Shown here piece by piece: positions 63,508-64,000 of a stretch of DNA of 64,000 nucleotides. The notes under the pieces are model-generated. The model had not been told where the DNA came from. It saw nothing but the letters and a program-made list of their open reading frames with translations, and made no database searches. Position numbers and translations under genes: made by a program. The DNA lies in assembly GCA_965218795.1 (NCBI GenBank), contig OZ244653.1, positions 2,176,001 to 2,240,000 on the forward strand. Reading direction: 5' to 3'. Source of the DNA: a bacterium (lineage in GTDB: Bacteria; UBA8248; JACPRG01; G963555815). How positions within the stretch are numbered: position 1 is the stretch's first letter; each line of letters starts with the position of its first letter.

Positions 63508-64000
63508 GGGTGCAGCACCTTGAGGTACTAACCGAGGAGCGTTCGATGGAGGCGTTTCTGCAAACGCTATTGCCGCGCATATTGCCCGACGGTTCGACGT
63601 TTACAATCCATCCCTTTCGAGGGAAGAGCGACCTGTTGAGAAAGCTGCAGGATCGGCTGAGCGCCTATGCGAACTGGATGCCCGAGAATTTCCGGGTTGT
63701 GGTAATGATCGACCGCGATAACGACGATTGCCGGACACTGAAAGAACAACTCGAAACCATTGCGGCAGATTCGGGTTTGCTTACTCGCTCACGAGCCGGC
63801 GGCGGTTCTTGGCAAGTGGTCAATCGCATTGCAATTGAGGAATTGGAGGCGTGGTATTTCGACGACTGGGAAGCAGTATGTAAAGCCTATCCGCGCGTAT
63901 TGCCGAACATTCCGAGCCGAGCTCGCTACCGCGACCCCGACGCGATCCAGGGCGGCACTTGGGAGGCGTTCGAGCGAATCATGAAGAAACACGGTTACTT
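63504..64000 (+). CDS. DUF4276 (TOPRIM-like) protein, runs off the window
   Basis: [33 protein letters not shown]. Overlaps the ATPase stop. Confidence 0.8.
   Translation, partial: MRVQHLEVLTEERSMEAFLQTLLPRILPDGSTFTIHPFRGKSDLLRKLQDRLSAYANWMPENFRVVVMIDRDNDDCRTLKEQLETIAADSGLLTRSRAGGGSWQVVNRIAIEELEAWYFDDWEAVCKAYPRVLPNIPSRARYRDPDAIQGGTWEAFERIMKKHGY

Noticed and set aside
1-64000. CRISPR array, rRNA, tRNA, retron or other RT
   Set aside because: I saw no regularly spaced repeats, RNA-gene signatures or RT motifs by eye. A short tRNA could have been missed.

Overview
This GC-rich bacterial window is a mosaic. Intact metabolic and transport blocks alternate with a heavily rearranged accessory region. 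The intact blocks are: Zn-dehydrogenase, glucosylglycerate synthesis gpgS plus phosphatase, Rieske oxygenase, ggt, MBL hydrolase, Ala/Gly symporter, a divergent adenine deaminase + SDR + sugar-type ABC operon, a dipeptide-type ABC operon with two tandem M20 amidohydrolases, rhlE and recQ. The accessory region (mainly ~31-64 kb) contains: an IS481 with terminal IRs and a 7-bp TSD splitting a Sel1 gene; an IS110 with a structured non-coding end (bridge-RNA candidate); a TraD + MobF relaxase module with an AbiE toxin-antitoxin pair; several defence-like genes; and many IS and defence-gene fragments. The defence-like genes are a two-gene DUF6361-like + tandem-PLD locus, an REase-NACHT protein, an orphan PD-(D/E)XK-like nuclease, a truncated DruA, and an AAA ATPase + DUF4276 pair. 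Many single-base frameshifts fall in homopolymers and may be sequencing errors. All family calls come from motif recognition by eye; no searches were run.
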